NCBI RefSeq assembly: GCF_963921235.1
Contig: NC_086097.1
Location: 142,168,001 to 142,232,000, forward strand
DNA: 64,000 bases
From: Mobula hypostoma
Taxonomy: Eukaryota
Reading direction: 5' to 3'
A model generated the notes under the pieces. That model did not search any database. It saw only the letters and a list, made by a program, of their open reading frames with translations, and was not told the origin of the DNA. Below, piece by piece: positions 27,006 through 38,241 of the stretch (position 1 is its first letter; every line of letters begins with the position of its first letter). Made by a program: the position numbers and the translations under genes.

Positions 27006-27544
27006 TGTTGTGACTGTGATCAAAGTTACCAGAGAGACACTGAAGCTTGCAATATAGAAGTTTTTATTCTTCACAACAGGTGGGCATCATTCAGGAGACA
27101 CTGAGGAGAGTCTCACAAACCCAAATATACATCACATTTTTATACCCTTAAGTTCAAAGGTACAGTAGCTGATACAACACAATTTCAATCGTTACGATGT
27201 CATTGTTTACTTCAATATTTAAGTTAACAATGATTCCTTTAAATCGCTATCAACAGTGGAAACACTTCCGAACGTTCAAACTACCTCTGCTAATCGCAAA
27301 CTTCTCTGAACTTACTTTCAATGTTGCAAATTACTTAAAAACCATAGTTGCCTAGATTGCTGCAGGGTAATTAACACAACCCTATGTCTTAATGTTTGGC
27401 TGATGCATATGCAATCGCTTAGTCTGTGTGCTTTTACCTTCAAGTTACTGCCTGCAATTTTTTTTTACAGTAAAAACTGAAGACTGGTTCATGCTTGAAT
27501 TAATATCTGGCTACTTTCATATAACTCAAGAATACTCCCTAACA
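27006..27544 (-). repeat. 5' LTR of the ERV-like element (539 bp)
   Basis: TGTT...AACA termini, TATAAAAA at 27137-27144, AATAAA at 27063-27068, followed directly by the PBS. Confidence 0.78.
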
Positions 27545-30500
27545 AGAGCATGCCTTGGGTGATGGAGGTCCTTAATGATAAATGTTGCCTTTTTGAGGTG
27601 GCGCCTTTTGAAGATGTTGTTTAAGGAAAGGGCTGTGCCCATGATGGAACTGGCTACATCTGCAACCCTTTGCAGGCTCCTTCTATCTTATGCATTGGAG
27701 CCTGCATACCAGATTGCAATGCATCCAATCAGAATGCTCCTCATGGTGAATCTGTAGAAATTTGCTAGAGTCTTTGGTGTGTGACGAAAAACCAAGTTAT
27801 CAGAAGATTGATGCTAATGAGAGAGATAAGTGAGACAATGGAGAAACATTCAAAATGTTAATGAGAGAGGAGAGAGAGATAACGGAAAGAGACACCAGTC
27901 TGAGTATTGACAGACCAATTGCTTTGAACCTGGACTGTTTGAAGTTTGATGGACAGGCGATACCCCAGCAGGGGGATAAAAAGAACAGGTTCGCTAAGGC
28001 AAGACACACACCACGAGATCACGAGATAACGAGACCCTGGAAGAGAAGTGTGCCCCCACAAGTTGGTGGGAGTTTTGGAGGTCTGGTCGCGGGAACTGAC
28101 CATAGACGCACAGGGTGAAAAGGTACAATCGGCGGGAACCTGGTGGGTGTGTCCGCCCTTGCCTGGGTGCCAGGTTCACCGCGGAAGAACGGTCATATCA
28201 GGAACGGAGGGATCACAGTCGGTGACCACAGAAGACATAAGAGGGTTCACCCGAAAGCTAACTACGAAGAACATCAAGGTCTGTCTGAATCAGATTTGCA
28301 TATCATTCTCTCTCTCTCTCTCTCTCCCCAACGGCACAACAGCGATTACTGCGAACTGTACTAAGCTGAACTGAACTCTGCGTCACTTGAGACTGCTCAT
28401 TTTACTCCTAGACTGCGATAGAGCTTGTTTGATTCCTATTATCCTAGTTCTGTGTACATGTGTGTTTTATCATTGCTAATCTGTTGCATTTATATCCTTA
28501 CGATTGGAGTACTGTGTTACTTATTTCTTTAATAAAACTTCCTTAGTTCCAGTAATCCAGACTCCAACTAAGTGGTCCATTTCTGCTGGTTTGACAACCC
28601 AGTTACGGGGTACATAACATAAGTGGGGATCCCGCCCGCGATTTTGAACACCAAATTTGGGACTGGGTAAATTGATTGGGTTAAAATTCCCGAAAGAAAG
28701 AAAGGGCAAACAGCAGAAATGGAGATTGAGGAATTTCTAAAGGCGCCAACCTTGGAGGCATTACAGCATGCCAGGAAATCAGAGTTGGCAACTGTTGCCA
28801 AACGGTTGAATCTTTTTAAGGGGAAGTCGACAATGAGGAAAGCGGAGCTGCACAGAGCTATCACAGAGTGCTATGTATCTAAAGGTGTGTTTCCCCAAGG
28901 GGAACTGGAGGTGGTATCTATGGGCAAACCTGATGGAGCAGCAGTACAGCTGCAGATGGAAAAATTGAGACTTGAGCACGAGTTCCACAGCTGGAGCAAG
29001 AAGAGAGGGACAGGCAGTTAGAACACAAAGAGAGAATAAAACAGCTGGAGCGAGAAGAGAGGGACAGGCAGTTAGAACGGGAAGAGAAAGAGAAGGAAAG
29101 GGAGTTTGAGCTTGAGAAGTTAAGGATGACGCTAGCGCAGGGGCCCATGCCGAACCAAGGCGGAGGGTTCAGGGCGACGCAGGAGGTTAGGCTGGTTCCC
29201 CCATTTGAGGAGGCCGATGTTGATCGGTACTTTCCCCATTTTGAAAAAGTTGCTGCAAGTCAGGACTGGCCGAGGGATAAGTGGGCTGTTTTGCTTCAGA
29301 GTGTACTAAAAGGGAAAGCCCAACAAGCTTACTCGGCCTTGTCCGCAGAAGATGCCCAGAGGTATGATGTGGTGAAAGAGGCCATACTCAGGATTTATGA
29401 GTTGGTCCCGGAGGCATACCGGCAGAGGTTCCGGAATGCGAGGAAGCAGTGGGGCCCCACGTATTTAGAGTTTGCCCGTGAGATGCAGATGTATTGTGAG
29501 CATTGGTGCGCCTCGAAAGGGGTCAATGGGGATTATGACAGACTGCTACAGCTAATACTGATTGAGCACTTTAAAGGTTGTGTCCCTGAAGGTATGAGAC
29601 CCTACCTAGATGAGATAGAGGCAGACACCTTAGCCACAACTGCTAAGTTAGCAGATGAATACGCATTAATGCATAAAGCGAAGTTTACCCCGAGTAAAGG
29701 CTACCAGAAGGGTAGTCAAGAGGGCGGGGAGAGTCCACCAGAAAAGTCAGAAAGTAAGCCGGGGACTAGTGAGAAGGATAAGGAAGACCGGGAGCAGTTT
29801 GGTAGGAAGTCTCCTGGGGTCATATGCTATAATTGTGGGAAAGCTGGTCACTTTGCGTCCAGGTGCTTTGCCCCAAAGAAAGAGATGGGGAAAGGAAAAA
29901 CGACTGTTCGACTGGCTGTATTGAGCTGGCAAACAAACCGCTAGGGGAGAAGAGGTCTGATAAAGTTCAGGAAGGGCACGAGAGGTTTATCTCGGCCGGA
30001 TTGGTGTCGATGAAGGAGGGGTCACACCCGGTTTCAGTACGGATCTGGACAGACACTGGAGCTTATCAGTCATTGATATTAAAGGGTGTATTAGACTTTA
30101 GTTCAGAGACCCAGACTGGGGAGGTCAGGGTGATAAAAGGCATTGGGAAAGGGACTGAAGCGGTACCTTTGCACCAGATACACCTAAAAAGCGACTTGGC
30201 CTCCGGACCGGTCACGATAGGGGTGAGATCTGAACTACCGATGGATGAGGTGGAGGTCTTACTCGGTAATGACCTCGCTGGCGGAGAGGTGTACCCAGCA
30301 GTAAGATTGACAAGCCAACCTGCCAGGATTGAGGCCCCGCCCATGGACTCACAGGTTTATCCCGTTTGCGCAGTGACTCAGCGCATGCCCAGAAAGACTG
30401 CCGAAGTGAATATAGATTTAGCTGAGACGCTTTTACCAGCCTTGTACCGGGGGGGGGGGGGAGGTTAGAAAGTGAGAAGCAGCATAGTAAAACAGAAGGA

Positions 30501-31021
30501 AGTAAGGGAGTTGAGGTAGACTTATCATTAGCAAGGAAGGAATTTATACAGGCACAGGAGCGAGATGAGGAGCTGATGGTTTTGATGGAGACAGCTCTCT
30601 CCGAAGCAGAATTAACAAGGGAGCCAGTGGGTTATTATGTGAAGGAGGAAGTACTAAGGAGGAAATGGAGACCAAGTACCGTGCCCGCAGATGAGGAATG
30701 GGGGGTGGTGCTGAAAATTTATGGGGATGAGATTCTTAACCTGGCCCACAAGATACCCCTTGGTGGACATTTTGGGGTGAGGAAGACAATTGATAGAATC
30801 ATGAAAGAGTTTTACGGGCCACACAGGAGGAAGGATGCTATTGACTATTGTAGACGTGAGCTAACACAATTAGAGGCTATTGATATGTTAACAGCTTGCC
30901 ACGATAGGCGATCAGACCTAGTCGGCGTTATCACGAAAATTAATGAGGCTAGTGTGCCACCTGATAAGGGGAAAACCCATTTCGAAAAGGTAAGTATGGT
31001 GCCGACCAGATGGCAGAACTC

Positions 31022-32652
31022 AAACAACAGGAATTCTGCAGATGCTGCAAATTCAAGCAACATACATCAAAGTTGCTGGTGAACGCAGCAGGCCAAGCAG
31101 CATCTATAGGAAGAGGTGCAGTCGACGTTTCAGGCTGAGACCCTTCGTCAGGACTAACTGAAGGAAGAGTGAGTAAGGGATTTGAAAGTTGGAGGGGGAG
31201 GGGGAGATGCAAAATGATAGGAGAAGACAGGAGGGGGAGGGATAGAGCCAAGAGCTGGACAGGTGATAGGCAAAAGGGGATACGAGAGGATCATGGAACA
31301 GGAGGTCCGGGAAGAAAGACAAGGGGGGGGGGACCCAGAGGATGGGCAAGAGGTATATTCAGAGGGACAGAGGGAGAAAAAGGAGAGTGAGAGAAAGAAT
31401 GTGTGCATAAAAATGAGTAACAGATGGGGTACGAGGGGGAGGTGGGGCCTTAGCGGAAGTTAGAGAAGTCGATGTTCATGCCATCAGGTTGGAGGCTACC
31501 CAGACGGAATATAAGGTGTTGTTCCTCCAACCTGAGTGTGGCTTCATCTTTACAGTAGAGGAGGCCGTGGATAGACATGTCAGAATGGGAATGGGATGTG
31601 CAATTAAAATGTGTGGCCACTGGGAGATCCTGCTTTCTCTGGCGGACAGAGCGTAGATGTTCAGCAAAGCGGTCTCCCAGTCTGCGTCGGGTCTCACCAA
31701 TATATAAAAGGCCACATCAGGAGCACCGGACGCAGTATATCACCCCAGTCGACTCACAGGTGAAGTGATGCCTCACCTGGAAGGACTGTTTGGGGCCCTG
31801 AATGGTGGTAAGGGAGGAAGTGTAAGGGCATGTGTAGCACTTGTTCCGCTTACGCAGATAAGTGCCAGGAGGGAGATCAGTGGGGAGGGATGGGGGGGAC
31901 GAATGTACAAGGGAGTTGTGTAGGGAGCGATCCCTGCGGAATGCAGGGGGGGGGGGAGGGAAAGATGTGCTTAGTGGTGGGATCCCGTTGGAGGTGGCGG
32001 AAGTTACGGAAAATAATATGTTGGACCCGGAGGCTGGTGGGGTGGTAGGTGAGGACCAGGGGAACCCTATTCCTAGTGGGGTGGTGGGAGGATGGAGTGA
32101 GAGCAGATGTACGTGAAATGGGAGAGATGCGTTTAAGAGCAGAGTTGATAGTGGAGGAAGGGAAGCCCCTTTCTTTAAAAAAGGAAGACATCTCCCTTGT
32201 CCTAGAATGAAAAGCCTCATCCTGAGAGCAGATGCGGCGGAGACGGAGGAATTGCGAGAAGGGGATGGCGTTTTTGCAAGAGACAGGGTGAGAAGAGGAA
32301 TAGTCCAGATAGCTGTGAGAGTCAGTAGGCTTATAGTAGACATCAGTGGATAAGCTGTCTCCAGAGACAGAGACAGAAAGATCTAGAAAGGGGAGGGAGG
32401 TGTCGGAAATGGACCAGGTAAACTTGAGGGCAGGGTGAAAGTTGGAGGCAAAGTTAATAAAGTCAACGAGTTCTGCATGCGTGCAGGAAGCAGCGCCAAT
32501 GCAGTCGTCGATGTAGTGAAGGAAAAGTGGGGGACAGATACCAGAATAGGCACGGAACATAGATTGTTCCACAAACCCAACAAAAAGGCAGGCATAGCTA
32601 GGACCCATACGGGTGCCCATAGCTACACCTTTAGTGTAGAGGAAATGGGAGG
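31022..32652 (-). mobile_element. Penelope-like element (RT + GIY-YIG), 5'-truncated, nested in Gypsy copy A
   Basis: GVAMGTRMGPSYA, YIDD, LPFLDL, YYKPTD, then FTCESTGVIYCVRCS*CGLLYIGETRRRLGDRFAEH (GIY-YIG). Flanking duplication AGATG(G/A)CAGAACTC at 31008-31021/32653-32666. Confidence 0.93.
31120..31155 (-). ncRNA. Minimal type I hammerhead ribozyme in the PLE terminal repeat
   Basis: AGTC-CTGACGA-AGG-gtctcag-CCT-GAAAC-GTC-GACT: helix I AGTC/GACT, intact CUGANGA and GAAA boxes, helix II AGG/CCT, palindromic ACGT mini-helix III, GUC cleavage triplet. Confidence 0.8.
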
Positions 32653-35600
32653 AGATGACAGAACTCTATTGTTTGGCCAACTTTGCTGATGAGTTCTCTC
32701 ACTTAAACCCCGAACAGAGCGAGCCGCTAAGAAAGCTAATTAACCGGCACGCACACGTATGTCCGGATGTCCCGAGGCGATGCAAAGAGCCGGGACATGG
32801 TGTTGTTGTCACATCAGGTCAGTTTAGTGAGCAACACCCCTATAGGATGATTAATTCAGTGACAAAAGGGCTAAAGAATGCAGAAGCGTATATTGGCGAT
32901 TTAGTGGTCTGGAGTGACACGTGGGAGGAGCTGTTTGAAGCCAGCCTGACAGTGAACCTCGCAAAAAGTGAATTCGGCCACGGAAAGATCACTTATCTGG
33001 GATTTGTGATAAGACAGGGGCAGCTGGCACCGATGCAGGCTAAGGTGCGGGCTATCTCTGAAGTCCCCACCCCGACAGACAAGAGAGCCCTGAGAAGGTT
33101 CTTGGGGATGGTGGGGTACTATCGGAAGTTTTGCAAAAACTTTGCAAATATTACCCTCCCTCTTACTAAGCTCTTGCCAAAGAATGCTAAGTTTGTGTGG
33201 GACGACCCTTGTTATCTTTGTCCGGGACGGAAACCACTGAGAATTTACACTGATCACAACCCATTAGTGTTTTTGGCCACTATGAAGTTTGCTAAGTTGG
33301 AGCCTGGTCTTAGAGGATTATTAAAATAACACATATAAAAGGAATGGAAAGGTGATTGCTGACTGTCTGTCAAGGTGTTGACAACTTAAAGTTCTCTGTA
33401 TTAGCCGAATAGCGGATGACCCTGTATATTAGTGTGAATCTAATAATGTATTCGTGCCCCTAATTTTTACCCCAGTAAAAATCCTTTGAAGGATAGGGGT
33501 GTGACAAAAAACCAAGTTATCAGAAGATTGATGCTAATGAGAGAGATAAGTGAGACAATGGAGAAACATTCAAAATGTTAATGAGGAGAGAGAGATAACG
33601 GAAAGAGACACCAGTCTGAGTATTAACAGACCGATTGCTTTGAACCTGAACTGTTTGAAGTTTGATGGACAGGTGATATCCCAGCAGGGGGATAAAAAGA
33701 ACAGGTTCGCTGATGCAAGACACACACCACGCGATCACGAAATAATGAGACCCTGGAAAAGCGGTGTGCCCCCACAAGTTGGTGGGAGTCTTGGAGGTCT
33801 GGTCGCGGGAACTGACCATAGACGCATAGGGTGAAAAGGTACGATTGGCAGGAACCTGGTGGGTGTGTTCGCCCTTGCCTGGGTGCCGGGTTCACCGCGG
33901 AAGAACGGTCGTATCCGGAACGGAGGGGTCACAGTCGGTGACCACAGAAGACATAAAAGGGTTCACCCGAAAGCTAACTGCGAAGAACATCAAGGTCTGT
34001 CTGAATCAGATTTGCATATCATCTTCTCTCTCTCTTTCCAACGGCACAACAGTGATTACTGCGAACTGTACTAAGCTGAACTGAACTCTGCGTCACTTGA
34101 GACTGATCATTTTACCCCTAGACTGCGATAAAGCTTGTCTGATTCCTATTACCCTAGTTCTGTGTACATGTGTGTTTTATCATTGCTAATCTGTTGCATT
34201 CATATCCTTACGATTACAGTACTGTGTTACTTATTTCTTTAATAAAACTTTCTTAGTTCCAGTAATCCAGACTCCAACTAAGTGGTCCATTTCTGCTGAT
34301 TTGGCAACCCAGTTACAGAGTACATAACAGGTGACATAACAACTCTCCTCAAGCTTCTAATGAAGTATAGCCACTGGTATGCTGTCTTTATGATTGCACA
34401 ATATGGTGGGCCCAGGATAGATTTCTCTTGAGATATTAACACCCAGGAATTTGAAGCTGCTCATCCTTTTCACCACTAACCCCTCAATAAGGACTAGTGT
34501 GCTCTTCCAATTTCCCCTTCCTGAAATCCACAATCAATTCCTTGGTCTTACTGCCATAGAGTGAGAGGTTGTTGACCACTCAACCATCCAATCTATTCCA
34601 CTCCTTGCCATCTGAAATTCTTCCAACAACAGAAGTGCCATCAGTGAATTTATAGATGGCATTTGCGCTTATGCCTAGCCATACAGTCATGAGTGTGGAC
34701 AGTGTAGAGCAGTAGGCTAAGCATGCAGCTTGTGTTGATTGTCAGCGAGGAGGAGATGTTATTCGGATCTGCACTGCCTGTGGTCTCCTGTTAGGAAAGT
34801 CAATGAACCAGTTGCAGAGGGAGGTACAGAGGCCCAGGTTTTGAAGCTTTGGATTAGTACTGAGGGATGATGGTGATGAACACCAAGCTGTCAGCAATAA
34901 TCAGCAGACTGACATTTGTATTCCTGTAATCAAGGTACTCCAAAGCCAAGTGGACAACCTATGGTGTCTTTGGTGACATACCAATTCTCCTCAAATCCCT
35001 GATGAAATATAGCTAATGTCACCCCTTCTTTGTAATTGCATCAATTTGTTGAGCCCAGGAATGATCTTTAGACTTTGATACCCAGGAACTTGAAACTGTT
35101 CATTCTTTCCACTTCTGATTCCTTAATGAGGACTGACTCCCTTTCCTGAAGAAAACAATCAAGTCCTTGGTCTTACTGACGTTGAATGCAAGGTTGTTGC
35201 TGAGACTCCAATCAACTGATCTAGCTTGCTCCTGCACGCCTCCTCGTCACACCACACACCTGAAACTCTGCTAACAATAGTTGTATTGTCGACAAATTTA
35301 TAGATGACCTTTGAGCTGTGCCTAGCTACACAATTATGTGAATACAGAGGACAGAGCAATGGGCTAAGCATGTAATATTTAGCAAATGCTAACTAACCTG
35401 TATTTCATGCTTTATAATCAATTTATTTTGATCAAAAGTAGTTATATTTCCTTTTTCAAAGCTCATGAGATTTACCCAGACCTCGAGATTCCACCTCTGA
35501 CAAGGTTATTTTGTTAAGTTTGATAATTAAACCACACCAGAATCAAAGCTTAATGATCAGAATTGAGTAAAATTCCTTTGGTCAGTAACAAGAAACAAGC

Positions 35601-35950
35601 AGAGAAACATCAGTAGTAACAAACAGGACTTAAATAGAAAGCCTTTGTTGGCTTTCGCACATCTAATATGTTATAAAACTCTGCAGAAGTCACTTCGAAA
35701 ACTGTACTTGCATAAAAGTCAGTAAGAGACAAGATAATTATAGAAAAACATTCGTCTGTAACTACTATTCTGTAACAAGAGATATTTTGAAAAGACCTTA
35801 CCCTGTGCTGCACAAAGCAACTTGAGAAGCTAAAACTGTTAATCATTCACAGTTCAATTGAAATCTAAATATCTCAATTTTCTTGGATGGAAGTAGGTAA
35901 AGGGGAAAAAAAACCACATGATATGGAACTGTACTGAGGCAGGGGTACCG

Positions 35951-36494
35951 TGTTGTTAACTCACCGTAAAACAATCTACTCTTTCTAACTTCCCCGATCA
36001 TTTCTTTTACCCTAACAAACTATTTACCCTCAAGTGCATAACCAATTCCCTCTTGAAAGCAAGCCAAAATTTATTTGCGACCCAGCTCCTTAAAACAAGA
36101 TAAAATCTTCAGATATCCTTTGTATCTTTATTCCATATTTTATCTTTGTAATTAAGTTGTGGCTCCAGCAAACCAGGTAGGGCATTCTTTTCTTTAATTA
36201 AGGTGGCTGGAGTGTCTAACAAATTGATTGTTCTTTGTATCAATAGTCCATTGACTTGGCCGGAATGGTTATCAAGTTGATTGTTCTTTTGTATCAGTGG
36301 CCTTATAACTTCTGACAATTCTGACGTCAAGCAGTGAACTTGTAGAACCGCCAGAGAGATGAGAAAGGGTCTCTCCCTGATGTTGGGTCCAAGTTCACTT
36401 GCCGGCTGAGCTCAAAGAAATAAACGGGTGAAAAGATAAGTAATGATCTTTTTGTGCTGTCGTTATTTGATCTAGCAAAGTTATGTTTACAACA
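35951..36494 (+). mobile_element. Solo LTR, ERV-like, with no evident similarity to the other LTRs here (544 bp)
   Basis: Inverted termini TGTTGTTAAC / GTTTACAACA (9/10), flanks ACCG/ACAG, duplicated motif TTGATTGTTCTTT(T)GTATCA (36224, 36277), TTATAA 36303, hairpin AGTGAACTTG/CAAGTTCACT, AATAAA 36419. Confidence 0.65.
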
Positions 36495-37609
36495 ACAGGA
36501 AGATTCCCAGAATATCCCCTCATCCCTAATAACGTAGGGCCCAGCATACAAATGTTAACAGACAAGTTCAGCCAGAAGCAATGAATAGATATTTCATTTT
36601 GGTTTGTTACGTACCCCGTAACTGGGTTGCCAAACCAGCAGAAATGGATCACTCAGTTGGAGTCTGGAGTACTAGAACTAAGAAAGTTTTATTAAAGAAA
36701 CAAGCAACACAGTAATCGAAAGGATAATAAATGCAACAGTTCAGTGATGATAAACACACATGTGCACAGAATTAAGATAACAGCATCAATCAAGCTCTAT
36801 CGTTGTCTAGGGGTAAATGACCAATTTCAAAATGACTCAAAGTTCAGTCCAGTTTAGTAGTTCAGTTCACAGTAATCGTTGCCATGGCGGTGGACAACGT
36901 GGGGGAAGAGAGAGATAGAATAGGAACAACTCATCATTCAGAACGGCTTCACTCACAGACCAGCGGGATGGCTCACAGACCAGCGAGATGGCTCACAAAC
37001 AGCTTTTGGGCGGGTCCTTGGTGATGTCACCTGAGGTCACCGACTGTGACCCCTCCTCCAGATGCGGTCGATCCTCTGCAGTGAACCCGGCACCCAGGCA
37101 AGGGCGGACACACACCGGGTTCCCGCTGATCGTACCTTTCCACCCTTGTCGTTGTCCGGTACTTCTCACCCACTCATGAGAAGCGCACCGCTTCCAGGGT
37201 CTCGTTACCTCGGGTGGCGTGTGTGTCTGTCTTAGCGAACCTGTCCCTTTTTATCCCCCTGCTGGGGTATCACCTGTCCATCACTTCAAACAGTTCAGGG
37301 TTCAAAGGGGGGAGCCGCTCCAGACAGCTCTTCCTCCCACATCCCTTCATTACACATCTCCAGACGCTGCTCCATTGTTCCTTATCTCTCCTTCCCCTGA
37401 GGGCAGGTGGCAGACCAACTGCTGATGCCACTGATGCTAGCCCAGGCCAGCAAACATCTTAATTTTATGTGTATTCTCGTAACACTTCCCCCCTTTAAGG
37501 ATTTTTACCGGGAGGTAAAAATTACAAACATGACTACATTATCTGATACATACACAATATACATCTTTAACAGTTATTTAGCTAATACAGAGAATTTGAA
37601 GCTGTCAAC

Positions 37610-38241
37610 ACCTTGACAGACAGTCATCACATTTTCTGTTCCTTTTACACGTGTTATTAATAATTCCTTAGACCAGGCTCCAACTCAGCAAACTTCATAG
37701 TGGCCAAAAACACTGATGAATTGCGACCAATGTAACCTCTCATTTGGTTTTTGTCCCGGACCACAATAACAAGGGTCGTCCCATTCCGACTCAATTTTCT
37801 CTCGCAAGGGCTTAGTAGGAGGGGGACGGGTATTGACCGCAGAGTTATTGCAAAACTTCCTGCAGTACCCCACCATCTCCAAAAGCCTTCTGAGGGCCCT
37901 CTTGTCTGTCGGGGTTGGGAGGTCAGCGATAGCCTGCACTGTAGCTTGCATCACTGCCAGCTGCCCCTGTGTCACCACAATTCCCAGGTAAGTGACTCTC
38001 GTGTGGCCGAATTCATTTTTTTCAAGGTTCACTATCAAACTGGCTTCAGACAGCCGTGTTAAATTGCCAATACACACCTCTGTGTTCATCAGCCCTTTAG
38101 TCACTGAATTACTCGAAAAATATGGGTGTTGTTTACTTGGCTGCCCTATTGTAACAGACATAACCCAACGTCCCAGTTCTTTGCATTTCCTCGGGACAAT
38201 CAAACACATGGGTGCGAGTCATTTAATTACTCCTTCGGGGA
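37610..38241 (-). pseudogene. Copy B deleted RT/RNase H remnant
   Basis: KQHPYFSSNSVTKGLMNTEVCIGNL (catalytic YxDD lost), VTYLG, LRRLLEMVGYCRKF, WDDPCYCGPGQKP. Confidence 0.85.

Larger units (their letters stand above)
25100..27544 (-). mobile_element. Decayed endogenous retrovirus-like provirus, 5' half only (LTR-PBS-gag-pro)
   Basis: LTR 27544-27006, PBS, then gag remnants VHIPF, FCHELEEIIEIHQMHP, MHR-like VQRADESAMDYAE, knuckle remnant RPGHLIRECW, and protease remnant GHPW..GGWQSEMLVDIGLSVSIIDLPLP. Many stops and frameshifts. Confidence 0.75.
28719..33380 (+). pseudogene. Copy A gag-pro-(IN)-(RT)-(RH) polyprotein remnant with frameshifts
   Basis: SCAN-like capsid YELVPEAYRQRFR..LLQLILIEHF, knuckle CYNCGKAGHFASRC, protease IWTDTGAYQSLI, IN zinc finger LAHKIPLGGHFGVRKT..DYCR, RT remnant AYIGDLVVWS..YLG..LRRFLGMVGYYRKF, RNase H remnant IYTDHNPL and IADCLSR. 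Confidence 0.9.
27780..34329 (+). mobile_element. Gmr1-like Gypsy LTR retrotransposon, copy A (internally deleted pol, nested PLE)
   Basis: LTRs 27780-28619 and 33500-34329 (TG..CA), TSD GGTG (27776-27779/34330-34333), PBS-like TGGGGATCCCGCCCGCGAT after the 5' LTR, PPT GAAGGATAGGGG 33488-33499. Confidence 0.95.
27545..35375 (-). mobile_element. Rex1/Babar LINE fragments (27545-27779 joined to 34330-34960; a second piece 34960-35375) hosting the Gypsy insertion
   Basis: The sequence reads continuously across the Gypsy TSD GGTG. Remnants include MLSPLLCPLYSHNC..YKFVDNTTIV, and it is similar to the plus-strand Rex copies. Confidence 0.75.

Noticed and set aside
35802..35829. Possible 28-nt micro-exon (ttttag|CTTCTC..CAGG|gtaagg; LLKLLCAAQG)
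   Set aside because: Splice sites are plausible, but it is too short to distinguish from chance without transcripts.
36952..37003. 20-bp tandem repeat CTCACAGACCAGCG(G/A)GATGG, superficially array-like
   Set aside because: No spacers and only 2.5 units inside an LTR; not a CRISPR array.
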